DNA of 54,982 nt from Octopus bimaculoides (taxonomy: Eukaryota), in contig NC_068995.1 of assembly GCF_001194135.2 (NCBI RefSeq), forward strand, positions 9,627,051 to 9,682,032, in the 5' to 3' direction. Shown here piece after piece: positions 11,132 to 22,325 of this stretch. The notes under the pieces were generated by a model. The model saw only the letters and a list, made by a program, of their open reading frames with translations. It made no database searches and was not told the DNA's origin. A program made the position numbers and the translations under genes. Within the stretch, counting starts at the first letter, position 1. Each line of letters starts with the position of its first letter.

Positions 11132-11964
11132 CTAAAGCGGAAAATATCGGAAATTGAAGCAATGAAATATACCAACATACTTTTACGAGTATTACAAAGA
11201 AATTTTTTTTAACGTAACAATAAAATAAAGCTGTTCTGAAGTCTAAATTCTGAACCATTTAGTCGTACCTGTAATCCCAAGGGCCAGACTTGTCACACTC
11301 TGCATCACACTAAGAGCCCCTGAAAACTACATTAAATGTAGATTATTGCTACTACTACTAATAATAACCCTTTTTCCCTATAGGCACAAGGCCTGAAAGT
11401 TTGAGGAGAGGAAGCTAGTTGATTACATCAAACCCCACCCTCCAAAAAAAAAAAGACGGAAAAGGCAAAGTTGACTTTGACAGGATTTGAAACGAGGGCA
11501 TAAAGAGCAGGAAAAGATGCTGCCTGACATTTTTACCAACACACTAACAATTCTGCCAGCTCACATCATCATCATTGGCGAGGCAGAAGACTGCACTAGG
11601 CCTCAATGGATGCTCTCCCTAACCCCAACACCAACCACCCAGCAGAGTGGACTAAGTGCTTTTTACATGGCACGAGCAAAGGAGAGGTCACTTTTGGACA
11701 AACCAGAGGCCAACACCAAGATCCAACGACTGCTCAGGAATAATTTCCCTGGCTGGATGCTCTTCCGAGTATAAACCATGTCTGACATAAATGCAGCTAC
11801 CGATTCTACTCGACCCAGCATGGCCACTTCCTTCAACAACTTCAAACTTCCATTGAGCTCAAAATTAAAACCTTGGCGGTTTGTTGTACTTGATAAGAAA
11901 CATCTAAGTAAAACCACTGCCTTCTATATGTACAGGTTTGTCCTTCAAAGGTGCTGCGGCCACT

Positions 11965-12175
11965 TAAAAAGCACCCATGCTGGTGGCACATGAAAATGCA
12001 CCCAGCACACACTGTTAAGGAGTTGGCATTAGGGAGGGCATCCAGCCATAGAAACCATGCCAAAACAGACAGTTGGAGTTTGGACAGCTCCCAGCCGGCC
12101 AGCTTCATGTCAGACCATCCAATTCATGCCAGCATGGGAAACAGACATTAAACAATAATGATGGTGATGATGCTG
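11965..12175 (+). mobile_element. SINE-like family B copy, diverged
   Basis: GGAGTTGGCATTAGGGAGGGCATCCAGCCATAGAAAC core and GAT-type tail. An opposite-orientation fragment lies at about 11570-11690. Confidence 0.7.
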
Positions 12176-12273
12176 ATAATGCAGCATCTAAATAATTTTA
12201 TAAAGGGATTAAAATCTAACAAGTCTATTAAAATGAAACAGATAAAAAAAAAAAATTTAAAAAATCAACTTAC

Positions 12274-12351
12274 CTCCGATGAGGATAAACTTTCTCCTGG
12301 TTCTTCTTCTTCCCATTCATCATCGCTATCAACTTCATAATCAAAAAGTGC
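12274..12351 (-). CDS. CHAF1A: CHAF1A exon 11 (ED domain)
   Basis: Acceptor catttcag, reads ALFDYEVDSDDEWEEEEPGESLSSSE, donor GTAAGT. DYEVDSDxEWEEEEPGESL is the CAF1A signature. Confidence 0.96.
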
Positions 12352-12439
12352 CTGAAATGGAAATATAAACACTGAAGCCTTCTTTTTGCACATGACATCA
12401 AACAGGGCACATGCACATGTGGGTGTGTGCATGTGTGTC

Positions 12440-12760
12440 TTTTATTTCCAAGGGTTTCCGTTGAACAAATCAACCCCAGTATTTTTCGGGTCTGGTATTC
12501 ATTTCATTGGTCACTTGCTGAATTGCTGAGTCACACAAACGTGAAAACAGAAACATGGATTGTCAAGCAGCAATGGGAGATTAACACACACACACACACA
12601 AATGACAGGCTTCTTGCAGTTTCCGTCTAGCAAATCTACTCAAAAGAACTTCTGTGGCCTGGGACTATAGTAGATAACACTTATCCAGGGTACCACACTC
12701 TGTGACTGAACCCGAAACTATGAGGTTGAGAGGCAAACTCCTTACCACACGACAAACCTG
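12440..12760 (-). mobile_element. SINE family A, diverged
   Basis: Family A segments in reverse orientation around a (CA)n core. Confidence 0.7.
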
Positions 12761-12794
12761 TCTTACACACCCACAAAATTTCAGGCCACATGGA

Positions 12795-12834
<40 letters not shown>

Positions 12835-12880
12835 GAGACAAAACCAATCACACACAGAAGAAAAAAAAACAGCAGCATAC

Positions 12881-13049
12881 CGTATCTTTCTTCCATGGAT
12901 TTTTGGCAGACAAGACATTGCTGGATTTCCTCCAGGTGCCATAATAAGGAGGACGGTAGTTGGTGTGAAACTGTAACAGTTTGACATGATAAGTCACCTT
13001 CTTCACAACATCATCTTCGTGTGAAATATCATCATCCTGGTCACCTTCC
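12881..13049 (-). CDS. CHAF1A: CHAF1A exon 10
   Basis: Acceptor tgcttcag (phase 2), reads EGDQDDDISHEDDVVKKVTYHVKLLQFHTNYRPPYYGTWRKSSNVLSAKNPWKKDT, donor GTATGC. KLLQFxxNxRPxYxGTW is conserved in p150. Confidence 0.95.
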
Positions 13050-13535
13050 CTGAAGCAGCAACAGAATGGAAAAAACACAATTGCATTAGAAGATACATCA
13101 TCATCATCATATAACATCTGTTTTTCATGCTGGCATGGGTCGGACAGATCGACAGGGACTGGCAAGCTGCAGAGCTGCAGAACGCTCCATTTGTCTGTTA
13201 TAGCAGAGTTTCTACGGCTGGATGGCCTTCCTAATGCCAACCAGAGTCTACTGGGTGCTTTTTATGTGGTACCAATACCAGTGCTTTATACATGGTGCCA
13301 GCATGGGTAATTTTTATGTGGCACTGGCACAACAACAAGAATAATAACCATTTCTACTGCAGGCACAAAACAGGAAAGTTTGCAGATAATTGGATAGTTG
13401 ATTACATCAACCCTAAGACAATAAAAACCTAGGCAGAATTTGAATTCAGAAAGTATAAACAGACGAAATTCCACTTAGCATTTTTGTTTGCCATGCTTAC
13501 AATTCTGCCTTCATAATAGTAATAATAATAATAAT

Positions 13536-13728
13536 ATCGCCTTAATACCTCTCTCTCGAAATTGCTCGATGATGTACAGTATAACTACAAAATGTTTGAT
13601 AAAAATATAAACCATCTCTTTTACATGGATGATTTAAAGCTCTTTGCGAAAAATGACCAACAACTACAGGGCTTATTAGCAATTGTTAATTCTGTGATGA
13701 CATCAGGATGCAATTTGGGGTAGGTAAA
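13536..13728 (+). mobile_element. Non-LTR retrotransposon RT fragment, R4/Dong-like
   Basis: Reads LSKLLDDVQYNYKMFDKNINHLFYMDDLKLFAKNDQQLQGLLAIV(frameshift)DDIRMQFG. YMDD catalytic motif at 13622 in the INHLxYMDDLKLxAK context typical of the R4 clade. Confidence 0.82.
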
Positions 13729-14098
13729 TTACACTGGCCCCACTGTTTCACTGGTACTTAATTTATTGACCCTGAAAGGATGAAAGGCAAAGTCAACCTT
13801 GGCGGAATTTGAACTCAGAATGTAGCGACAGGCAAAGCAGTTCGCAACCAGCTATCCACATAATTCCTACTAGGAATAAGACTGAACCTGAGCCAAACCA
13901 AAAATAATAATAATAATAATAATTATAATAATAATGGTGATGATAATGATTTCTTATATATTATTAGAGTGATATACCAATAACCACATAAATTTACACC
14001 AAAATGAAAAAAGAAAAAAAAACCAACAGACATAAACCAGAATTCTAGATGATGGGTGATGATGATGATGATGATGAGCAACAACAACAATGTCTTAC

Positions 14099-14175
14099 CT
14101 TGGCCAGGTCTTCCCAGATCTTCTGGGTGTGAAGCCATTAGATTTCAACTCAGTTTGATACAAAGGCTGGTGATC
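14099..14175 (-). CDS. CHAF1A: CHAF1A exon 9
   Basis: Acceptor tattgtag, reads DHQPLYQTELKSNGFTPRRSGKTWPR, donor GTAAGA (phase 0 to 2). Confidence 0.87.
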
Positions 14176-14799
14176 CTACAATAATAGAAATACATCATTA
14201 ATATCCTATACAGACATATACACACTCACTCTTTCTGACTCACTCACACACACAACATATAGCTGTTCTTTACATTCTGTCCATGCTAAAACAGTGGGGT
14301 ATTTATCAAATCAACCCTTCTGTTGTTACTACATTTCTAATGAAAAGCACCTCTTTGTTTTAAATGATTTCAAACCATGAGAAATACAGTAAAACAACTA
14401 TAAACTCTTAAGCATTTAAACCAGCCATATTTCACTCAAATATTCTACCTGTTTCATGCTGAAATTGGTCAGATCCAACGTCTTACACCTGCCCTACAAT
14501 GTCATTCTAAAAATAAACAATCACTCAATGAAATCTCAAAGCTATGAGATAATGCATGATTAATTCAAAATAATATGAATGAATATTGTTTGACAGAGGC
14601 CGTCAAAAGTTCAGAGCAACCAGTCATAATGTCAACAAAGAATGTCAACATCAAAAATGCTTCTCTCAAATGGTGACAAACCGGATAAGGGTGGGAGGGC
14701 GGATAGGTAGGTGGGTTTAAATAGAAAGACAGACACATACATATACCCATCCACACACACACATCAATGAATCAAGCAAGACTTGTCCAGAAAACAAAC

Positions 14800-14925
14800 C
14801 TGAGTTTTCATAATTTCATCCAATTCGTCCATGGATTCTTTGGAAAGAGATCGTCTGTCTGCCGGTGCCATGCGCATGTCTTTCTTCACCTCAAATGGCA
14901 TAAACATGCCAGAATGCTCCTTTGG
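14800..14925 (-). CDS. CHAF1A: CHAF1A exon 8
   Basis: Acceptor tatgaacag, reads PKEHSGMFMPFEVKKDMRMAPADRRSLSKESMDELDEIMKTQ, donor GTTTGT. Matches p150 FAPFEIKEHMVLAP. Confidence 0.92.
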
Positions 14926-15347
14926 CTGTTCATAAATAAAACAAAATTAAATAATTGAATACTTATAACATAAATAAAAAATAAATTAAAATAGCCGTCT
15001 GTGTATCATACTAAATGTATACACATCATTAGAAGGCATGAAGTTCTGAAACTGTGTGAGACGATAAAATCTCATCCAAAACTCATATTAAAAACAATAC
15101 ATACTTCTAATTTTGGCAAAGGCCAGCAATTCTGAGACAAAGGAGAACCTGGTGCTCTGGTGCTTATCGATTAAACTTTGATCAGCATCAGAGCTCAGCA
15201 CATTTGCAGAAATAAGTTTGGGCATTCTAAATACCTTCACGTACAGTTAAATCGAGTTAAAGAGTTATAGCAAGTGTGGTAGTGTGGATATTTATATTTT
15301 GTAATTTATGAACCATATGTCTAGTAATAAACAAAAAATTCTTTTAA

Positions 15348-15568
15348 CCCTTTTGATACCAACCCGGCTGATACCAGTTCTGGCTCTGGCTCTGTAGTAC
15401 GAATGTCTTGTTTCCGAAAGTTCTGAATTGAAATCTTCCAAGCTTTAGTCACAATTTATGTTCCTAACACTAGCTTAATGATAACTAAGTTAGTTTACTA
15501 AATTCTTTGTTATATTCAAAATTGAAAGAAACACAGAGCATCTCAAAAGAAATATGGTAATGAAAGGG
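15348..15568. mobile_element. piggyBac-type MITE
   Basis: TTAA|CCCTTTTGATACCA … TGGTAATGAAAGGG (TIR 11/14); the left TTAA is intact and the right one is decayed. Confidence 0.6.
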
Positions 15569-15661
15569 ATTAGGTAAAAATGCTTGTTTTGTTTAAAAAT
15601 AATTCTGAAAACACACACACACACATACACAAAGGAAGAAGCAGAAAAATGTTCAACCAAC

Positions 15662-15739
15662 CTTAGCAACTGGTTTATTCTTGGGTTTCTGTACAAAATA
15701 ATTCTGGAAAGCAGCTTTTCTCCTCTGTTGTTTCCTCAT
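15662..15739 (-). CDS. CHAF1A: CHAF1A exon 7 (internal PIP-box region)
   Basis: Acceptor tttgtttcag, reads MRKQQRRKAAFQNYFVQKPKNKPVAK, donor GTTGGT. Aligns to p150 KAEITRFFQKPK. Confidence 0.88.
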
Positions 15740-15777
15740 CTGAAACAAATGAGATGACAATATAACCAAGATCTAGT

Positions 15778-16112
15778 GTAAAGGGTAAAGACCCCCTTTG
15801 GTCATGAATGACCATGGGATTGCACCTAGAAAGTTACCCCGCGAGACACAAGTCTGGGCAAGGTTGTTTCTGGAAGACCAGCAGTCACTCATGCATGCCA
15901 GCCTCTCTTCTCCATGTAACCAATGTTGTCCAAGGGAAAGGCAAAGGGGCCAATACAGCTTGGCACCAGTAAAATCACAAGTCATTTCTACAGATGACCA
16001 ACGTGAACTGGAGCAATACGAAGTGTTTTGCCCAAGAACACAACACAGCCCGGTCCAGGAATTGAACTCACTACCTCATGATTGTGAGCTCGATACTCTA
16101 ACCACTGAGCCA
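15778..16112 (-). mobile_element. tRNA-derived SINE family E
   Basis: Head TGGCTCAGTGGTTAGAG…GAGTTCAATTCC (A and B boxes) runs into a non-tRNA body. Related heads occur at about 4890-5005 and 44215-44330. Confidence 0.75.
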
Positions 16113-16789
16113 TGTATCTAAAGACATCAGAATTGAAATGAAGGACATTCAACATTGGATGTTGTCATCATCTTGTGTTTCACTCATCAGACTGCAACCA
16201 AATAAAGTGACTCCAGTACTCACCTCTTTTAAGCCTGGTACTAATTCTATCAATTGCTTTTAGCAAACTGCTAAGTTACAGAGATGAAAACAAACCAACA
16301 TGAGTTCCCAAGCAGTGGTGGGGAATACACACAAAGACATGCTCATAAATACACACACACACATGATGGGCTTCCTTACTGTTTCCTCCTCATCATCATT
16401 TAGCATCCATTTTCTATGGTAGCATGAGTTAAACAGTTTGACTGTAACTGGTAAGCCAGAGAACTGCACGAGGTTCTAGTCTGATTTTGGATCGGTTTCT
16501 ACGGCTGGATACCCTTCCTAATGCCAACCACTTCAAGGGTGTAATGGGTTCTTTTTATGTGTCACCGGCACTGGCCACAACCACAATTTCACTTGGCTCA
16601 AGCACAACGAATCACCAACCACCCACCCACAAGGTTATATAGAGTTATATAGTTGGAGACATCTGCCCAAGATACTGCAACAGTGAGACAGCCTGAAATC
16701 GTGTTGCAAAACTGGTTTCTTAATCACACAACATGTTTGCACCTATAAAATTAGGTACCTAAGTTTCTAATGGTAAATCGTTCGTTCGT

Positions 16790-17070
16790 CGGTTAACGTC
16801 CGCTTTCCATGCTAGCATGGGTTGGACGATTTGACTGAGGACTGGCAAGCCAGATGGCTACACCAGGCTCCAATCTGATTTGGCAGAGTTTCTACAGCTG
16901 GATACCCTTCATAACGCCAACCACTCCGAGAGTATAGCGGGTGCTTTTACGTGCCACTGGCACAAGGGCCAGTCAGGCGGTACTGGCAACAGCCTCGCTC
17001 AAAAAAGTGTTTTTTACGTGCCACCTGCACAGGAATCAGTCCAGCGGTACTGGCAACGATCTCGAAAAAA
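16790..17070 (-). mobile_element. SINE-like family B copy
   Basis: Near-consensus tail and core complement plus head units. Same-orientation copies lie at about 13100-13330, 16385-16580, 18610-18745 and 21235-21420. Confidence 0.85.
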
Positions 17071-17229
17071 TTGCAATGATAGGTTTGAATTAAAAAAAGC
17101 TAAAATGAATGCAATTTATATCATAGAACAAGAAGTAATTTCAAGACAATGCCTGTATCAAAAGACACTGGCAGACGTAGTCACACAGACAGACAAACAG
17201 ACTGGTAGCGACAGACGGATATAACTTAC

Positions 17230-17236
17230 TTCCTCC
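17230..17236 (-). CDS. CHAF1A: CHAF1A exon 6, only the last 7 nt visible (remainder in N gap 17237-17608)
   Basis: G GAG GAA|GTAAGT at the gap edge. The phases of exon 5 (ends phase 2) and exon 7 (starts phase 0) require an intervening 3n+1 exon ending in phase 0. Confidence 0.7.
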
Positions 17237-17643
17237 NNNNNNNNNNNNNNNNNNNNNNNNNNNNNNNNNNNNNNNNNNNNNNNNNNNNNNNNNNNNNNNN
17301 NNNNNNNNNNNNNNNNNNNNNNNNNNNNNNNNNNNNNNNNNNNNNNNNNNNNNNNNNNNNNNNNNNNNNNNNNNNNNNNNNNNNNNNNNNNNNNNNNNNN
17401 NNNNNNNNNNNNNNNNNNNNNNNNNNNNNNNNNNNNNNNNNNNNNNNNNNNNNNNNNNNNNNNNNNNNNNNNNNNNNNNNNNNNNNNNNNNNNNNNNNNN
17501 NNNNNNNNNNNNNNNNNNNNNNNNNNNNNNNNNNNNNNNNNNNNNNNNNNNNNNNNNNNNNNNNNNNNNNNNNNNNNNNNNNNNNNNNNNNNNNNNNNNN
17601 NNNNNNNNCCAAACATAGAACTTAATTTAGAAACAAGACTCAC

Positions 17644-17786
17644 TCAATCATATCTTGCTTCTTACGACGCAGTTCATCTTTCAGTTTTTCTTTCCCCAGT
17701 CGTTCCATCTCTCGCTGTTTCTCCTTCTCCGAACGCTCTTTATCTTTCTGCATCTTTAGATGTTGCCGTTCTAGAGATTTCCTCTC
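17644..17786 (-). CDS. CHAF1A: CHAF1A exon 5 (KER charged helix)
   Basis: Acceptor ataactcag, reads ERKSLERQHLKMQKDKERSEKEKQREMERLGKEKLKDELRRKKQDMI, donor GTGAGT (phase 2). Confidence 0.92.
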
Positions 17787-18756
17787 CTGAGTTATACAAA
17801 CAGAAAGTAGCTTTCAAAAACAAAATAATAATAATAATAATCCTTTCTACTGGAAGCACAAGGCCTCAGATTTGGGGGAAGGGATGAAGTCGATTACATC
17901 GACCCCAGTGCTTATGTAATTAAGTGATTGTGCTCTACGTATCTTATAAAGCATATGCATGCACTTGTACTTTGAATAGGCCTATATCTTATAACTTGTT
18001 TATATTTGTAAGGGTGCCACACAATTCCTTACATAAATATTGGAAGGAAAAATATCGGAACAAGAACATCCGAACAAATAACAATCTTTTATTTTTCGTC
18101 TGTACAAGAGTTACATCTTGGGACAATCAGTAGCCAGGTCGCCTTGATGTGGAAGCAGCAACGTCGGTTTAGTCACAAATTTATGAAAGCATTCTTCACA
18201 GAACTCCAGCTACACGGAGCTGGTCAAATACCGAGCGTCTCAGGTGAGCAGCAGAGCTGTTGAGGACACATCTGCATAGTTCAGCTGCTGCTATTTTTCT
18301 GCACATGAGGGAACTTCTGGCAGGCCTTCCAGAAGGTTTCAACCCAGCGCATGCGTGCTGGAGACCCTCAAGATGACGTCACTACATATTAAAGAATAAA
18401 GATATTGTGAGTTGGAGTCGGAGTCAGTAAAATTATACCAACTCTGACTCCAGCTACTCCTAAATTATTTCCAACTACGACTAAACGGCCCTGATTTAAA
18501 CTGCCCCTATCAGGCCAAAATATACTTTTTGCTTTTATGTCCAAACCGGCCAGAGCTGGCCTCTCACACCTACCCTACAATATCATTGTTAAAATAAACA
18601 ACCACATCATCATCATGTAACGTCTGCTTTCCATGCTGGCATGGGTTGGATGGTTTGACTGAAAACCGGTATGCTGGGGGGATGGGCTGCGCCAGGTTCT
18701 GATCTGATTAGGCAAGGTCTCCCTAAACGCCAACCACACTGAGAATGTATGCTCAC

Positions 18757-18879
18757 CTTATCTTCTTTACGTTGTTGTAGTTTCTGCAGTCGTTCGTTTT
18801 CTTTTTCCTCTTTCCGCTTCAATCGTTCCTTTTCCCTCTCCTCTTTGATTTTCTGCCTCATCGGATCAATTCGTCGTCG
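18757..18879 (-). CDS. CHAF1A: CHAF1A exon 4 (KER charged helix)
   Basis: Acceptor ctttctctag, reads RRRIDPMRQKIKEEREKERLKRKEEKENERLQKLQQRKEDK, donor GTGAGC. Confidence 0.92.
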
Positions 18880-18984
18880 CTAGAGAAAGAGAAAGAGAGA
18901 AAAAGAAAATATAGAAACCCAGATGAGAAACTGTAAAGTTTATCTTAACTTTTTTTTGGGGGGACATTTTACTATATTTGGTGC

Positions 18985-19520
18985 AGACGTGGTTGTGGTG
19001 TTAAGATGTTTGCTTTCCAACCATGTGGTTTTGGGTTCAGTACCATAGCATGGTACCTTGGGTAAATGTCTTTTACTATATTATAGCTGAACAGTTTAGT
19101 GAGTGGATTTGGTAGATGGAAACTGAAAGAAGCCCATTGTATGTTTGTTTGTGTGCGTGTCTTGAGACTAAGTGGTGGTCGTAAATAAGCATCACCATCG
19201 TACAAACGGTGTTGTTCGTCTTGAATCGACTATGAGAAAAACATGCCTAGCCAAAGCAAAATATCATCTTTCTTGGAAACAATTGAGGGTTGGTGACATG
19301 TGAGTGTGTCTTTGTGTCTGTGTTTGTACCCACCTCACTATTGATGTGTTTATGTCCCCATGACTTAACAGTTCAGCAAAACAGACAAACAAAATAAATA
19401 CTAGGCTTAAAATAAACAAAAACACCAAGTACAAAGACTCATTCATTCGACTACAAATCTTTCGAGGTGGTGCCCCAGCATGGCCACAGTCACAGTTTAA
19501 TGACTGAAACAAGTAAAAGA
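18985..19520 (+). mobile_element. SINE family A, full length, diverged
   Basis: Head, core and tail in order, with extra internal sequence. Confidence 0.75.
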
Positions 19521-19521
19521 T

Positions 19522-19565
<44 letters not shown>

Positions 19566-19567
<2 letters not shown>

Positions 19568-19960
19568 CGAGGAGTGGCTGTGTGGTAAGTAGCTTGCTTA
19601 CCAACCACATGGTCCCGGGTTCAGTCCCACTGCGTGGCATCTTGGGCAAGTGTCTTCTACTATAGCCTCGGGCTGACCAAAGCCTTGTGAGTGGATTTGG
19701 TAGACGGAAACTGAAAGAAGCCTGTCGTATATATATATATATATATATATATGTCTGTGTTTGTCCCCACCAACATCGCTTGACAACCGATGCTGGTGTG
19801 TTTATGTCCCCATAACTTAGCGGTTCAGCAAAAAGAGACCGATAGAATAAGTTCTAGGCTTCTAAAGAATAAGTCCTGGGATCGATTTGCTCGACTAAAG
19901 GCGGTGCTCCAGCATGACCACAGTCAAAAGACTGAAACAAGTAAAAAAGAGTAAAAAGAG
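19566..19960 (+). mobile_element. SINE family A, full length, near consensus
   Basis: Pol III-type head GGAGTGGCTGTGTGGTAAG…GGGTTCAGTCCC, central (TA)n, tail ending in GTAAAAAGAG repeats. Confidence 0.92.
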
Positions 19961-20010
19961 TATATATATATATATATATATACACACACAAATATCATTC
20001 TATTACTCAC

Positions 20011-20999
20011 CTTTTGTTTCACCTGTGCAGTTTTTGGAGTACTTGCCAACGGGTTTGGTTTCTCTTTGTTTTCCATTGGTGTGACGTCCTCATCCGAGTG
20101 ACTGGCCACGGAGCAAGTAGTGGAAGACTCCTCATTGCAGGGAGTGGCACATGTGGAGAGGTCAAGCTCTGAACTGGAGTCATCGTCGTCGTCCTTCTGT
20201 TCTGCGGATGTCGGCAGCACCAGCGACTTTGCGCATTGCTTCGGGGACTTGGAAGAACTGGACAGAGGCGACTTGCAACTAGAGCCCGAGAGCGCAGAGT
20301 TGATCAGCTTGCTGTCGGCAGGAGACGAACAGACAGACATGTCGCAAAGTGCAAGGTCGGGCAGAAAGACTTTCACTTCACAGCCTGATCGTCCCACAAC
20401 CTGATCGAATTTCTCTTTGAGAACGCTGCTCTTTGCATTGCCGAGGCTTGACTTTGGCTTAGCTTGGGGGTCCGTAAGCAATGCAAAGTTAGCGTCTTCG
20501 TTGAAGTTACTGCTCAGTTTGTTTTCTTTTTCTATATTCTCTTCACATTTCTCGCTGATGTTGTCATCCCCGTCAGATCTGGTCAAATCGATGACGTCAT
20601 TGGTGGAACTGGAAATAATCTCATCTTGGACGTTTCTCGACGAGAAGAACTTGTCCAACGTGTGAGATTTCACAGTCTGTTGCATTGGTGTCGCGACACT
20701 ACTTGAGCCAGAACTGGAAATAACCTCATCGCACACCTCCATCTCGGCAATACTACTACTATTATTTTTATTAACATTACTAATACTACTACTGTCACTA
20801 TTATTGTTAGTGTTGTTGTTGTTATTAATACCATTATTATTTGTAATATTATTGTGAGGTTTTATTTTATTTTCGATATTTGCCTTTTGAATCTTGGCAG
20901 TTTTACTCAGACTAGTATCTTGGTCAGACAGCTTGCGTTTCTTGGAGGCAGTTACAGGCTTGTTGGGCTTGGCATCCAATGGTTTGAATGACAAACGAG
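20011..20999 (-). CDS. CHAF1A: CHAF1A exon 3 (disordered N-terminal region)
   Basis: Acceptor tttcatttcag (phase 1), begins ARLSFKPL (p150 QARLPFK PIP1), contains TLDKFF and DVIDLT, ends STPKTAQVKQK with donor GTGAGT. Confidence 0.92.
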
Positions 21000-21024
21000 C
21001 TGAAATGAAAGGAAAAAAACAATT

Positions 21025-21235
21025 AGTTAACACTTTAGCATTTAAACCGGCCATATCCAACCAAAATATCCTGTTTGTTTTACGATCAAACTGGTCAAAT
21101 ACAGACTGGGACACCTATGCTGCAATGTCATTCTAAAAGTAAACAATCTGATGATTGAAATCTCAAAGGTGTGAGATGATGCAGGGTTAATTTAAAACAA
21201 TGTGAAGAAATATGCATTACGTTTGACAGAGAAAT
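21025..21235 (+). mobile_element. piggyBac-like MITE family fragment
   Basis: TTAACACTTTAGCATTTAAACCGGCC… is shared with 14400-14600 and 18490-18605. The fragment at 5020-5097 ends AAAGGG|TTAA. Confidence 0.55.
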
Positions 21236-21723
21236 CATCATCGTTTAATGTCCGTCTTCCATGGCGGAATGCGTTGGACCATTTGAAAGGAGCCAGCACC
21301 AGACTTCTTTGTTTGTTTTGACATGGTTTTTTTATGGTCGGATGCCTTTCCTAACACTGACCACCCAGCAGAGTGGACCGAGTGCTTTTTATGTGGCACC
21401 AGCACAGGCGAGGTCACCAAGTAACTCATAAGACAAACATCCTTTGAGAGGAGAGGGAGCATTGGAGGAGGTGGTCATATCAGGTGTGTGTGTGTGTGTG
21501 TGTGTGTGTGAGCTAACTTTCGGTTAGTTAAAATGTTTGTGACAGATTTCAACTTCTAAAAGGGGAATTCACTGCAATTACCTGACAGGTATGGGGGTTT
21601 TACACCTTTTGCCATAAGAGAGAATTTTTTCTCTATGCTAACTGCAGTAGAATTTGCCTTTAGGAGTGGAAATACATCACAAATCGCTTATGCTTAAACA
21701 CTGCTTGGCACTGACACTACTGG

Positions 21724-21762
<39 letters not shown>

Positions 21763-21924
21763 TTAATCTATATCCAAGAAAGACACATTAGATAATGCAG
21801 ACTTAATTACACTATGGCCGTCTCTGAATACCAAAAATGAAAATGATGAGATGGGCATGACTGGAACATCTTTAATCACAGGTAAAGTGGAACAAGGTAG
21901 ACTCGGGATTAAACAACAACATCA

Positions 21925-22245
21925 TCATCATCGTTTAACGTCCGCTTTCCATGCTAGCATGGGTTGGACGATTTGACTGAGGACTGGTGAAACCGGATGG
22001 CAACACCAGGCTCCAGTCTAATTTGGCAGAGTTTCTACAGCTGGATGCCCTTCCTAACGCCAACCACTCAGAGAGTGTAGTGGGTGCTTTTACGTGTCAC
22101 CCGCACGAAAACGGCCACGCTCGAAATGGTGTCTTTTATGTGCCACCCGCACAAGCCAGTCCAGGGGCACTGGCAACGATCTCGCTCGAAAATCCTACGG
22201 GAGCCAGTCAGGCGGTACTGGCAACGGCCACACTCAAAATGGTGC
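21925..22245 (-). mobile_element. SINE-like family B copy, near consensus, with head repeats
   Basis: (TCA)n tail complement, core complement and three head units. Confidence 0.88.
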
Positions 22246-22268
22246 ATCTTCATAAATGGTATGGTTAC

Positions 22269-22325
22269 CTTGTGTCAGTTTCTTTTTTGTGGCCATGCTT
22301 GGATTCAGCTTGGGTGAAAGTTTAT
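22269..22325 (-). CDS. CHAF1A: CHAF1A exon 2
   Basis: Acceptor tctttttccag, reads (D)KLSPKLNPSMATKKKLTQ(A), donor GTAACC (phase 1 to 1). Supplies the KKLxQ half of the N-terminal PIP box. Confidence 0.88.

Noticed and set aside
16040-16112. tRNA-like sequence with A/B boxes and a CAC-type anticodon loop (minus strand)
   Set aside because: It has no 3' acceptor-stem half or terminator and runs directly into a SINE body, so it is a SINE head and not a tRNA gene.
18374-18381. Perfect palindromic CRE (TGACGTCA), and another inside exon 3 near 20592
   Set aside because: These are isolated hits, one within coding sequence and one beside TE debris, so they are not distinguishable from chance.
19598-19786. 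Recurrent peptides such as YQIHSQGFGRPEAIVEDTCPRCHAVGLNP and DCGHAGAPP in many ORFs, resembling a gene family
   Set aside because: They are translations of SINE family A copies.
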